Counted from the first letter of the stretch, positions 9,412-18,343 are shown. The stretch is DNA of 34,984 nt from Patescibacteria group bacterium (GCA_023473785.1 JAMCYD010000029.1:1-34984), one strand, 5' to 3'. Program-made: numbers and translations. Notes: generated from the sequence alone by a model not told the origin.

Positions 9412-10530
9412 ATGAAAACTTCCTTTCTGTCTGAAAACCTCGGAAAAAAAATTGCTTTGGTAAACCATGCTGTTTCAAGCAGATCCCAACTACCCGTTCT
9501 TCTTAACTTTCTTTTGGTTTCTAAGAAAGGAAAACTTTTTATAAGCGCAACAGATCTTGAAATAGGAATTGAAGTAAGTATTTCAGCAAATGTCGAAGAA
9601 GAGGGGGGAGTAACGGTTCCCGCCAAAACCTTTTTTGATTTATTAACAAACATACCAAAAGGAAAAATAACCCTGCATACAGAAGACCAAAAGCTAATTC
9701 TTAAAAGCGAAAAGATAAGAACGGTTTTTCAAACAATACCCCAAGAGGAATTCCCCAAGATATATGAAGAAAAAGGAGAAAAAAGGGCGGTCGTTGAACG
9801 AAAAACCATTGAAAAAGATTTTGCAAAAGTAGTTTTTGCCGCAAGTCAGGACAGCGGCAGGCCAGCCCTCTCTGGGGTTTTGATGAAAAAAGAAGAGGGT
9901 AGGGGGGGAGGATTTGTTTTGGTTGCAACCGATGGATACAGGTTGTCTTTGAAAAGAGGAGTAGGCGGTGGGGTTTCATCGGCATCAAAAGAAGATCAGC
10001 TTGTTATGCCTGCGAGGATCATAAGGGAGTTAGTCTCCGTAAGGGAAGGGGAGAGTGTTGAGATTTTTGTTTCTGATGAAAGCAACCAGATTTTGTTTTT
10101 TCAGGACGAAACAGTTTTAGCCGTAAGACTGATTGAAGCAGAGTTTCCAAGCTATGAGAAAATAATTCCAACAGATTTTTCTACAAGGGTTGTTGTTGGA
10201 AAAAATGAGATTCAAAGCGCGGTTAAGGCTTGTTCTGTTTTTGCCAGAGAAGCCGCAAGTATAATTAAATTCTCTGTTGGGAAAGACAAATTGGTGGTTT
10301 CTGCAAGCGCACCTTCTTTGGGAGAGAGCACCATAGATGTTGATGCTGTTGTTGAAGGAGAAGAGAATGAGATCGCATTCAACTCAAGGTATCTTCTGGA
10401 TTTTTTTTCAAACATAGAGGAAGAAGAAGTTATTTTTGAAATGACAGGACCGCTAAATCCCGGCGTTTTCAAGATAAAAGGAGACGATACCTTTCTTCAC
10501 ATCATCATGCCGATTAGAGTGCAGGAGTAA
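9412..10530 (+). CDS. dnaN: DNA polymerase III beta sliding clamp
   Basis: 372 aa in the conserved position after dnaA. Clamp blocks seen: LPVLLNFLL...ATDLEIGI, ATDGYRLS, AEFPSYEKIIP and a C-terminal MPIRV. Confidence 0.9.
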   Translation: MKTSFLSENLGKKIALVNHAVSSRSQLPVLLNFLLVSKKGKLFISATDLEIGIEVSISANVEEEGGVTVPAKTFFDLLTNIPKGKITLHTEDQKLILKSEKIRTVFQTIPQEEFPKIYEEKGEKRAVVERKTIEKDFAKVVFAASQDSGRPALSGVLMKKEEGRGGGFVLVATDGYRLSLKRGVGGGVSSASKEDQLVMPARIIRELVSVREGESVEIFVSDESNQILFFQDETVLAVRLIEAEFPSYEKIIPTDFSTRVVVGKNEIQSAVKACSVFAREAASIIKFSVGKDKLVVSASAPSLGESTIDVDAVVEGEENEIAFNSRYLLDFFSNIEEEEVIFEMTGPLNPGVFKIKGDDTFLHIIMPIRVQE

Positions 10531-10531
10531 T

Positions 10532-11587
10532 TTAGCGCATTGCAGGTAAGTATGTTGTGATTGGGACATTGGTAGTTGTTGTAGAATTTGAGGTTCCTGT
10601 AAAAACAAATATAGGCACAAGGAAACCGGTTGTTCTATCGTCTAAGTAGGCAATGCTTACAGAGTTTATGTTAGTTGACAGTAGGGGTGGGATATTTGCT
10701 CCTTGATTATCTCCATAGCTTACAATTATCCCTTCTCCGTTTTGGATTTTCCGTTCAGCCTCCTCAATGGATAAGAGTAGGCGTTTTTCGAGGCCTTGGT
10801 ATGAAATAAATACATATGAAAATCTCCTTACCATTCCAAGAGTATCCATGATAATACTGGCGCTACTAGAAGTTCCATATTGGTAGAAAAGGGGTACGTT
10901 ATTTAAAACCCTTTTTAGAGTAAGCTCAAAAGATGTTGCCGAAGATGGATCTCTGATTGTCGACGATTGCTCCTCTCCTCTATGATAAAGAATCTTATTT
11001 ATCACTAGGTTTTTTCCCAAATAGCGTTGCTTTTGCAGGAAATCATTAGTAACTTTTTTTATGTCATCATCAGATTTTATGCTTACTATAGAAGCATCTT
11101 CTTTTCCTCGGGCTTGGGCATTTGTGTAAATTAATAATCCTGAGTCAAGATATACTGTCAGAGACTTCATTCTGTCTTCGGAATTCCAAACATAGAGATT
11201 AGGATTAATAGTTTGGGGGGTGATGTTTATAGAGAATGAGTTGGCGATATTCTGAGCTTGTGTTTGGTCAATGCCGGACCCCTCAGTCTTGTATATGGTA
11301 AGGTCTGCGGGGAAAGAAACAGTTGGCAATGAAAAGATAACTGTCCCAAGTTTATTTGTTTGCAGGGACGGAGCCCTTTTTATTACAGGTGTTGGAATTT
11401 TTGATCCGGGAACAAAATTGCTGGGTAGAACTGGTGTTGGGGTAGCAAGTATGCCTTGGTTGTCTCTTTTATTCCTTACAGACATCCCAATTAGGGATGC
11501 TGTAATAACGAAAAGTATAAATATTAAAAACAAACTCGTTTTTTTATGAATGAGAAGAAAGTAAAATATTTTTGTCATGGGCTCCAC
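10532..11587 (-). CDS. N-terminally membrane-anchored extracytoplasmic protein of unknown function; positional candidate for a VirB8/TcpC-like T4SS component
   Basis: 351 aa with a single N-terminal TM (SLFLIFILFVITASLIGM), a Pro-rich spacer and about 280 aa of mixed alpha/beta sequence. Its start overlaps the stop of the upstream hydrolase gene (11575-11587). It is the last gene of the VirB4 operon. No motif was recognised. Confidence 0.4.
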   Translation of the reverse strand: MEPMTKIFYFLLIHKKTSLFLIFILFVITASLIGMSVRNKRDNQGILATPTPVLPSNFVPGSKIPTPVIKRAPSLQTNKLGTVIFSLPTVSFPADLTIYKTEGSGIDQTQAQNIANSFSINITPQTINPNLYVWNSEDRMKSLTVYLDSGLLIYTNAQARGKEDASIVSIKSDDDIKKVTNDFLQKQRYLGKNLVINKILYHRGEEQSSTIRDPSSATSFELTLKRVLNNVPLFYQYGTSSSASIIMDTLGMVRRFSYVFISYQGLEKRLLLSIEEAERKIQNGEGIIVSYGDNQGANIPPLLSTNINSVSIAYLDDRTTGFLVPIFVFTGTSNSTTTTNVPITTYLPAMR

Positions 11588-13395
11588 CCATCCTTAACAT
11601 AGTATCTCACGCTGTACTCTCTGCTGTTTACTATATTCTGGAGCAGGCTCCATAGATAGTCAATATCTTGGGAGTAGTGTCTGATGCACCCACTGCTTCC
11701 GGGTCCTACAACAGGATGAGTCATGTCGGAACTATGAAGACCAAAAGTTCCTGGAATCCACCTGCATTGTAATCCGCCGCATTCTGTGTAGGGAGTAGGT
11801 CCTCCATTGGGATTATCAAAGGGAATGTCAAGGTGCAGGAAATGGGGATCTGATGGGATGGGGGAATCTAAGGCTGCTGCGTTAATTATCCAATATTCTC
11901 GTGCGGGATAAACAAGATTTGACAATGGGGTTGGAGTGCTTCCGGAGGCCCCCGGGTTTACCATAAACGAACGTATAAGCGTACTCGCATCTTTATTTCC
12001 CGGCTGCCCTTTGTAGAGATATTCTTCTTTGCTTTGTCTGTCAAGAACAAGCCAGTATTGATCTTGCGGTGATGCGGGAGGTGACGGAGTTGTTGCGGAA
12101 ACGTAAACACTGTATGGAGAGCAGCGAATGCCTATGTCTGTTGCAGGATCCCAGTCGCAATCCGGCGGCGTTATCGCTTCTGGTATATTGGGAGGAGCAA
12201 GGGGAAGATTTCTGAATTCAAAATGAAGGTGAGGGCCCGTAGAGTGGCCCGTGCTCCCCATGTGTCCAAGGAGAGTTCCTGGTGCTACGATAGAATTATC
12301 AGAAACAACTATATCTGAGAAATGACCATAGATTACTGTAAATTTTCCTGTAGCATCGACAAGGTCTACCTCGTTGCCATACCCTGTATTGCATGCGCCA
12401 GAACAAGGTGTTACTTTCTGTACTTTCCCGTTAATCGTTGAATAAATGGGTGTTCCTGTGGTGTTGGCTATGTCAACAGCCTGATCTTTTCCAGAATTTA
12501 GATCATAAATATTGGTTTTATGATCAGTTCCTCCTTGCGGCCCTTGTGTTAATGTGCCCGATGTTGGCCAGCCAAATGCTGATGCCGATATTGACGTCTG
12601 GCAGTTTTGGTAATCTTGCCAGACCTCCCCGCAATAACTATAGCTGCCATAAGCACAGCTATTGTGATACCTTTCTATAGCAGTGTTAATTTGATCCTGA
12701 GTGGGTTGGGACGTTACCCCGCTATCCTTTAGTTTTTGAGCTGCGATAGAAAGACTTTCCGTAATGCTACATAAATTTCCTCCGGGATGATAAACGTCAA
12801 CTATTTGCATAAGTCCAACCGCGCGTGCATCTCGTGCTCCTCCTGCTAGCTCTGCGCCTGAGCAAGACCCTGAATGTAAGTTTTGTCCTACCCCCTCGCA
12901 AAAAACCGCACCCTCATTGCAAAAGTAGTTAGACGATATGCGAGAATCATTATTGTCAATGCTTGTCACAAAGCCTGCGTTTTCATGCATGGCAACGCTT
13001 GATAGAACCGCAGGGGGAATACTAGCTTTATTGGCAGCATCTGTTATCCAACCTGCCAAAATAGAGCTCTTAATTGGACTCTGTGTGCCTGATCGAGTAA
13101 ACTGACAGGAAGAAACATTTCCATTGCCCGATCCGCCTCCTGGCCCTCCTGGATTTGGTTGCTTGCCAAGCTCCAGTGCTGCGCCGGTGCCTCCTCCCAA
13201 GAGAATTATAAATACGATAATTAGAATAACAGCAATTACTATTGCGGCCGGTATCCATATCTGACTGGTTGATGCGATTTCTGCCGCACCCGTAACAGCT
13301 CGTCCTATTTTAGTCGCTCTCTGAATGTTTTGCGCGGTGTTTATGGCGGAATTTAAATTGTCAACGACCCCTTTTCTTCGTTGTCTTTGGTCCAT
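11575..13395 (-). CDS. membrane-anchored three-domain peptidoglycan enzyme: SLT-like lytic transglycosylase, M23 metallopeptidase and YkuD-like L,D-transpeptidase fold
   Basis: TM at aa 47-66 followed by a Gly-rich linker. SLT-like block: VAMHENAGF...AVGLMQIV (about nt 12661-13083). M23 block: GYGNEVDLV...YGHFSDI...GHMGSTGHSTGPHLHFEF (about nt 12208-12573). C-terminal YkuD-like block: YWLVLDRQSKEEYLYKG...TPTP...FGLHSSDM...GPGSSGCIRHYSQDIDYLW (about nt 11596-12060). Confidence 0.7.
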   Translation of the reverse strand: MDQRQRRKGVVDNLNSAINTAQNIQRATKIGRAVTGAAEIASTSQIWIPAAIVIAVILIIVFIILLGGGTGAALELGKQPNPGGPGGGSGNGNVSSCQFTRSGTQSPIKSSILAGWITDAANKASIPPAVLSSVAMHENAGFVTSIDNNDSRISSNYFCNEGAVFCEGVGQNLHSGSCSGAELAGGARDARAVGLMQIVDVYHPGGNLCSITESLSIAAQKLKDSGVTSQPTQDQINTAIERYHNSCAYGSYSYCGEVWQDYQNCQTSISASAFGWPTSGTLTQGPQGGTDHKTNIYDLNSGKDQAVDIANTTGTPIYSTINGKVQKVTPCSGACNTGYGNEVDLVDATGKFTVIYGHFSDIVVSDNSIVAPGTLLGHMGSTGHSTGPHLHFEFRNLPLAPPNIPEAITPPDCDWDPATDIGIRCSPYSVYVSATTPSPPASPQDQYWLVLDRQSKEEYLYKGQPGNKDASTLIRSFMVNPGASGSTPTPLSNLVYPAREYWIINAAALDSPIPSDPHFLHLDIPFDNPNGGPTPYTECGGLQCRWIPGTFGLHSSDMTHPVVGPGSSGCIRHYSQDIDYLWSLLQNIVNSREYSVRYYVKDGWSP

Positions 13396-13413
13396 AGTTT
13401 AATGATACCAGAA

Positions 13414-15345
13414 TTAGGGTTTATTAAAAACAGAAGAAGCATTCGCTGGCGGAGTGCTTTGAACAGGGGTAGGGGGTAAGGCCTGTTCAGCTTGTGAGGG
13501 TGTGGGTTGTGGGCTAGCCGGCTGGAGTATTGTCGGTTTGGGCGAAGAGGCAAGACTTGCTTCTTCTTTAAGCTTCATAACCTCACGAGGATTTGATGTG
13601 ATTATATTATGCTCAAAGGGAGCAGCAATAACCTTCATAACTACATGACTTTGCCCTGCAAAAAATAATCCCTCTCCAACGGCAGACGACAAAAGTAATT
13701 CTTTTTCCCCCTCGGATAAATAAAATAATTTGGAAACTTGATCAATCTCCGTCGGACTTTGCTTAAGAAGCATTTGAATTGAAGAATTAGATAAGACAGC
13801 TCTTCCGTAGTCAGTAGATAGGAAATCTTGAATATCTTGAGTGGCAGTAGTTAAGGCCAGATAATACTTGCGAGCTCTTTTGGCAATTCCATAGACAAAA
13901 GAAGCAGAGTCTTCGTACTTCATGATGTACCATGCCTCATCTAGGATTAGAAGTCTTTTTTTAAGATTTTTTCTTATTCTCGTCCAGACGAAATCTAGGA
14001 TAATGTGCATAGCAATGGGTCGAAGTTCTTCTTCAAGTGCTTTTATGGAGAAAACAGTAAATGGATTTTTAATATCGAAGTTTGACTGCTGATTAAATAT
14101 TCCACTGAGGCTCCCTTTTATAAATTTTTCAAGACGAAGAGCAAGATTCTTAGAGCTTGGGTCCTCCATCCCCAAAAGGGTCTTATAGAGATCTTCCATA
14201 AGAGGCGGTTGATTTTTCTGGGTTGTTGGATCAACCGTAATGCCTTTTTGTCTATAGACTTCAACCAGCGCTCTGTCAAGCATTGCATCCTCTGAGGAGT
14301 CAAGCTGTCCCAAGGCAATCTTTAAGAGCCCATGTAGAGATAAAATTTTAAGCCCGAGCTCGTTTTCTCCTTCTTCATAAAGTCCCGAAAGATCAAAAGG
14401 GTTTATTTTAATTGGGTCGGATGGGGCAAAAGAAACATACTCTCCTCCAAGAGTATGGGTTAAGGCTTCGTATTCTCCCTCAGGATCAAGAATTATAACC
14501 TCTGTTCCGAACATAAATTGCCTCATTGCCTCAAGTTTTATGAGGTAAGATTTTCCAGATCCTGATTTACCAAATACAACTTCATTTGCATTTTCAAGCG
14601 AATATCTGTCAAAGATGATAAGAGATCCATTTTGTTCATTCGTTCCATACATAATTCCTTTATCTTGTGTGAGCATGGCAGAGGTAAAGGGGAAAGTTGA
14701 CGCAAGAGAGGTAGTATCCATATTTCGTGTTATAAAAAGCCTATCGCTGCCAAGCGGAATAGTTGATTTAAATCCAGCTTCCATCTGGAGCGTTGTAGGC
14801 TTTGCGATAAGAAGAATCGATGAGAGAGTAGAGGTAAGTCTTTTTGCTGCATCTTCAAGATCTTGTATGCTTTCGGAAGAAAGAGTTATATAGAGACTAA
14901 ATTGAAAAAACCTTTCAACTCCCTTTGCAAGTTGTTCCTGCAAGGCAAGTGCGTCTTCAAGCGCTGCCTGTACTTTCGGGTCAATTACCTTTCCTTCCTC
15001 AATTTGAGATGAAATCGTCGCTTCCATCTCTGCAACCTTGCGTCTTAAATCAGACAATACATCATTTGAAGATGTTGGATAGCAAAACATCGATATATTC
15101 ATCGAGTGATCAAAGTCGATAAGAGGAGAAAGCCAGTTGGGAGATACAAATCGCGGATAACCGACCACAAAAAATGTTTTATAATATAAGTCGCCAACCC
15201 GTATGAAATTGAAATCTACTTCTACGGAGGATGGGGCGATGATATCAGTTAAAGATGCTGTCCCTTTCTCAAAGATAGAAAGCCCCGGTAAGTTTTTTTG
15301 CGGGGCAAGGCTTTCTTTTTGTTGTTTTTTTCCAAATAATTTCAT
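13414..15345 (-). CDS. virB4: VirB4/TrbE/PrgJ-family type IV secretion ATPase
   Basis: 643 aa. Motifs: Walker A VFGKSGSGKSY, Walker B RLLILDEAWY, and the downstream ATQDIQDF block. The N-terminal region is typical of VirB4 (IAPSSVEVDFNFIRVGDLYYKTFFVVGYP). The C-terminal tail is Pro/Gln-rich. Confidence 0.85.
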   Translation of the reverse strand: MKLFGKKQQKESLAPQKNLPGLSIFEKGTASLTDIIAPSSVEVDFNFIRVGDLYYKTFFVVGYPRFVSPNWLSPLIDFDHSMNISMFCYPTSSNDVLSDLRRKVAEMEATISSQIEEGKVIDPKVQAALEDALALQEQLAKGVERFFQFSLYITLSSESIQDLEDAAKRLTSTLSSILLIAKPTTLQMEAGFKSTIPLGSDRLFITRNMDTTSLASTFPFTSAMLTQDKGIMYGTNEQNGSLIIFDRYSLENANEVVFGKSGSGKSYLIKLEAMRQFMFGTEVIILDPEGEYEALTHTLGGEYVSFAPSDPIKINPFDLSGLYEEGENELGLKILSLHGLLKIALGQLDSSEDAMLDRALVEVYRQKGITVDPTTQKNQPPLMEDLYKTLLGMEDPSSKNLALRLEKFIKGSLSGIFNQQSNFDIKNPFTVFSIKALEEELRPIAMHIILDFVWTRIRKNLKKRLLILDEAWYIMKYEDSASFVYGIAKRARKYYLALTTATQDIQDFLSTDYGRAVLSNSSIQMLLKQSPTEIDQVSKLFYLSEGEKELLLSSAVGEGLFFAGQSHVVMKVIAAPFEHNIITSNPREVMKLKEEASLASSPKPTILQPASPQPTPSQAEQALPPTPVQSTPPANASSVFNKP

Positions 15346-16010
15346 AAAGAACCCTCCGCTCTTACAATAGGTGTTTTAATGTCATCTGTTATCTGAGTGG
15401 TTTCAACGGTCTCTCTGTTATAGATTTCATAATAAAGCTTTACTGATTCTTCTTTTTCTAAAGTCTTTGCCCTAAGATTTAGTCTAGCTAGCTGGGACAA
15501 TAGGGACTGTGCCTTTGAGCGAAGAATTGTCTTTGCTTCATTGATGAATTCATCTTTTGATGAGTAATCTCTCTTGACTTCTGTTTTTGCTGCGCTGAGT
15601 CCCTTCTCAAGATATGAGTAGGAAATAACTATATAAAATTTTTTATCCAAAACGGAATTAACCTTAACAAGTTCTTTTACGAAATCCCTATAAAGCTTAA
15701 TCTGAGAGGACAGCATTTGATTGGAATTCTGTTGCGCCTGTTGGTCCAAAAGCTTAAGGTACGATGATATATCAAGCTTCCTGCTTCTTATGTATATTTG
15801 GATAGGAAAAGAGAGAGAATTAAGAAGCGATGCGTATGAAAAAATCTTTGTATCTTGTTCCTCTTTTGACAGAAGAGAAAAATTTGTTGCTGTAACTTCG
15901 ATTACAAGACATGCATTTCCTCCAGAGGTTATTATTGTGTCATCCTCTATGGACTCTATTTCTATAAATTTTTGTGTTGTTGCGCGTTTTCTTTGGGCAG
16001 GTTTGGCCAT
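15342..16010 (-). CDS. soluble protein resembling a free-standing VirB4 N-terminal domain
   Basis: 222 aa with no TM and a 4-nt overlap with the virB4 start. The pattern FIEIESIEDDTIITSGGNACLVIEVTATNFSLLSKEEQDTKIFSYASLLNSLSFPIQIYIRSRKLD mirrors the N-terminal module of Gram-positive VirB4 proteins and of the neighbouring ATPase itself. There is no Walker motif. Confidence 0.4.
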   Translation of the reverse strand: MAKPAQRKRATTQKFIEIESIEDDTIITSGGNACLVIEVTATNFSLLSKEEQDTKIFSYASLLNSLSFPIQIYIRSRKLDISSYLKLLDQQAQQNSNQMLSSQIKLYRDFVKELVKVNSVLDKKFYIVISYSYLEKGLSAAKTEVKRDYSSKDEFINEAKTILRSKAQSLLSQLARLNLRAKTLEKEESVKLYYEIYNRETVETTQITDDIKTPIVRAEGSL

Positions 16011-16011
16011 A

Positions 16012-17223
16012 TTATTTAACCCCCATGTCGTTAAATAAGGATCTTCTTAGCTCTTCCCTCTTGTCAGAGGATATAATTTCTAAAGGTAAAATTATTTCAC
16101 CCGTTGCGTTTATCTCTATGTTGTCAAACTTATTTTGCTCTCTTGGATCTTCGAAAAGCAATGTGTAGACGCCACTTATAATGGGAGTGGCTGAAGCAAA
16201 TTGACCAAGAGCATTTGTTTTAAATGCCCTTACTGGGTTACCGCTATGATCTTTTATTTCAACTAAAATGTTTGCCAGAGGATTTCCCCTCGGATCCTTA
16301 ACCACTCCTGTAATTAGATTTGGAGTATCTGGAAAAATTGGCGTGCCTGTAGCCTTGCCCATTGTCCTTGGGATCATTCTTGTATTTTGTGTTTCTTCTT
16401 TTGGTTGAGCCGTACTTGGGGTATAAACATTTTGTTTTTGTATTCCTATTTCCTTCTGAAGCCCAAGCAGTCTTTCTTCAAGTGCTTGTTTTTGCGAAAG
16501 AACATCCTGTAAGAATTTTTCAAGCTCAAGAACTTTTTGATGGGTAGCTGCATAACTAGGAGTTCCGATCTCTGTTCTTTCCTTTATTTTCGTCTCTGAA
16601 AGTTTTTTCTTAAGAGCCAGAACTTCAGTATCTGTTTGCTTTTCCTCTTCATCTTGTTTCATTTCTTTTTCTTCCCTAGGTTTTTCTCCTGCAAGGCGAT
16701 CTCCACTTGGTCCTTGAGTTACAATTTGTGGAGCTTGCTGGATAGGAATACTTCCTAAGATAGGAGAGAGGGACTGAAAGAAAGCCGTTTCTTTTTGATC
16801 AAGTTGGTTTTTTGGTTGTTGAGGAAGAGACTTAAGAAAATTACGCAATTTATCATCGGCAGTTGATGCTTGTTGGATTGCTGTCTGGGCTGTTTCTTGA
16901 GGAAGATTTGATGCTTGCGGAAACCATATATGTCCTCCTGTTTTTTGATAAACGTATTGAGTAGGACTAAATAGATCTTTTAAAAAATTGGTAATTACTA
17001 CATCAAGCGATCTTCCGGAGACCGGAAAAAAAGCTGTTGCAATTCCAAGAAACATGAATAGCATTGCGATTGGAATTTTAATTAGAAAAAAAATCGGCAG
17101 CGCGAAAAAAATCCATCCTAGAATCATTCCGACTGCAAGATAAGCGAATTGTTTAATTGTCATGTCTCCAATAAGCTTGAATTGAAAGCCTGTTATGTCC
17201 TGCGGTATGGGATGATTCTCCAT
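16012..17223 (-). CDS. PrgI/VirB3-like membrane protein fused to a Q-rich/coiled-coil linker and a C-terminal carboxypeptidase-regulatory-like beta-sandwich
   Basis: N-terminus IPQDITGFQFKLIGDMTIKQFAYLAVGMILGWIFF plus a second TM matches the PrgI-family layout (about nt 16939-17223). Aa 170-265 are charged and heptad-like. Aa 302-385, ITGVVKDPRGNPLANILVEIKDHSGNPV...TNALGQF...GVYTLLFE, is CarboxypepD_reg-like (about nt 16069-16320). Confidence 0.5.
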   Translation of the reverse strand: MENHPIPQDITGFQFKLIGDMTIKQFAYLAVGMILGWIFFALPIFFLIKIPIAMLFMFLGIATAFFPVSGRSLDVVITNFLKDLFSPTQYVYQKTGGHIWFPQASNLPQETAQTAIQQASTADDKLRNFLKSLPQQPKNQLDQKETAFFQSLSPILGSIPIQQAPQIVTQGPSGDRLAGEKPREEKEMKQDEEEKQTDTEVLALKKKLSETKIKERTEIGTPSYAATHQKVLELEKFLQDVLSQKQALEERLLGLQKEIGIQKQNVYTPSTAQPKEETQNTRMIPRTMGKATGTPIFPDTPNLITGVVKDPRGNPLANILVEIKDHSGNPVRAFKTNALGQFASATPIISGVYTLLFEDPREQNKFDNIEINATGEIILPLEIISSDKREELRRSLFNDMGVK

Positions 17224-17417
17224 AATGCTTCAAATAGTGTATAACGTGAAAAATCCCATTTCAAGATTATCAAAGTAGGTCAAAAATTGAGAAAAATAAG
17301 GCTAGCGTGAAAACTAAGCAAAATCAGTTAAATAAAGTACATATTCAGTAGGATTTCCCATAGCCGCAGCGTCTCTCGTAATAAAAGAAGATGCCAAAAG
17401 TCAAGAAAAAGTAGATC

Positions 17418-17446
17418 TTGCAGTAATTTTTTCTTTTATATATACT
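17418..17446 (+). promoter_or_regulatory. sigma70-like promoter placed for a leaderless transcript
   Basis: TTGCAG (17418-17423), 17-nt spacer, TATACT (17441-17446), then 7 nt to the ATG at 17454. No Shine-Dalgarno sequence is possible. Confidence 0.35.
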
Positions 17447-17453
17447 CTTCTTG

Positions 17454-18080
17454 ATGAGTGAAATAGGTGAAGGTTCTTTACCCATTGCCTCAAGGCCCTC
17501 AAAAGTTTCGACAGCAGAAGCGATCAGAGATAAAGGCATTTTCTCTTGGGAAAGAGTAATGCCAAGACTTAAAGAGGATGTTAAAAAAGGAAAAACTCTT
17601 GTTATCACAAACGGTCATTTCGTTATGCTCCACCCTGGTCATTCATTTGGGTTTGAAGAGGCTAGGAGAGCAGGAGCAAAAAAAGCAGGAAGTGATTCAG
17701 CTGTAGATCTTTTGGTGATTGTAAATAATGACCGGCAGACAAAAGGGAAAGACCCTGTTAAGGGAACTCAAAACGCAAGCGAAAGGGCTTTGGGAGTTCT
17801 TGACAATAGACACACGGATTTTGTAGTGATTTCGATGGGAGAAGGAGACCAAAGCGTTTTGGGTGACATGCTTCTTTTGGAAAGAGAGGGTTTGCTTGGA
17901 GAGAACGTAATCTATGTCAAGGGAGGAGATTATGATAATGGAGAGAACAGACCCTCTGAGGCTGAAATTGTTGAAAAGAATGGCGGACAGTTTGTAATAA
18001 TTGATAGGGTACAAGGATATTCTACGACTAGTACTTTGAACAGGATGGTAGAGGCACTAAGGACAAAAGGAGGGATATGA
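17454..18080 (+). CDS. cytidylyltransferase-fold nucleotidyltransferase, most like HldE domain II / HldC (heptose-1-phosphate adenylyltransferase)
   Basis: Matches to the RfaE domain II pattern: LVITNGHFVMLHPGHSFGFEEAR (HxGH), LLVIVNNDRQTKGK, VIYVKGGDY, and GGQFVIIDRVQGYSTTSTL. The track start is TTG 17451; the ATG is at 17454. Confidence 0.6.
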   Translation: MSEIGEGSLPIASRPSKVSTAEAIRDKGIFSWERVMPRLKEDVKKGKTLVITNGHFVMLHPGHSFGFEEARRAGAKKAGSDSAVDLLVIVNNDRQTKGKDPVKGTQNASERALGVLDNRHTDFVVISMGEGDQSVLGDMLLLEREGLLGENVIYVKGGDYDNGENRPSEAEIVEKNGGQFVIIDRVQGYSTTSTLNRMVEALRTKGGI

Positions 18081-18343
18081 AAATAACAATTTTTACATCG
18101 ACTTTGTGTCCTTTCTCAGATCTTGTAATCAGTGATTTAAGAAAAGTGGGATTGGAGCCTGAGGTTAAAATCGCCGACGTAGACGTTGATGCTACAAAAG
18201 AGATGGCAGAGCTTACTAAAAGAGCTTTCACTCCGGTAACTAAAATAACCAAGGAAGACGGCTCGTTCATCGTAGTTGAGGGATACAACGGCAAGAAAAA
18301 GAAATTAATAGAAGACGCTTTAGGTGTTAAATTAAGCAGCTGA
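18077..18343 (+). CDS. glutaredoxin/NrdH-like small thioredoxin-fold protein (single-Cys CPFS site)
   Basis: 88 aa. MKITIFTSTLCPFSDLV...TPVTKITKEDGSFIVVEGYN fits the glutaredoxin-like beta-alpha-beta layout. There is a 4-nt overlap with the upstream gene. Confidence 0.55.
   Translation: MKITIFTSTLCPFSDLVISDLRKVGLEPEVKIADVDVDATKEMAELTKRAFTPVTKITKEDGSFIVVEGYNGKKKKLIEDALGVKLSS

Noticed and set aside
9143-9653. Three minus-strand track ORFs (72, 72 and 86 aa) spanning the dnaA-dnaN intergenic region
   Set aside because: They overlap the ends of dnaA and dnaN and the DnaA-box cluster, and have no motifs. The region is better explained as oriC plus the dnaN start.
17345-17608. 87-aa minus-strand ORF in the divergent region between the PrgI-like operon and the nucleotidyltransferase gene
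   Set aside because: It overlaps the conserved N-terminus and predicted promoter of the plus-strand gene, and has no recognisable features or ribosome-binding site.
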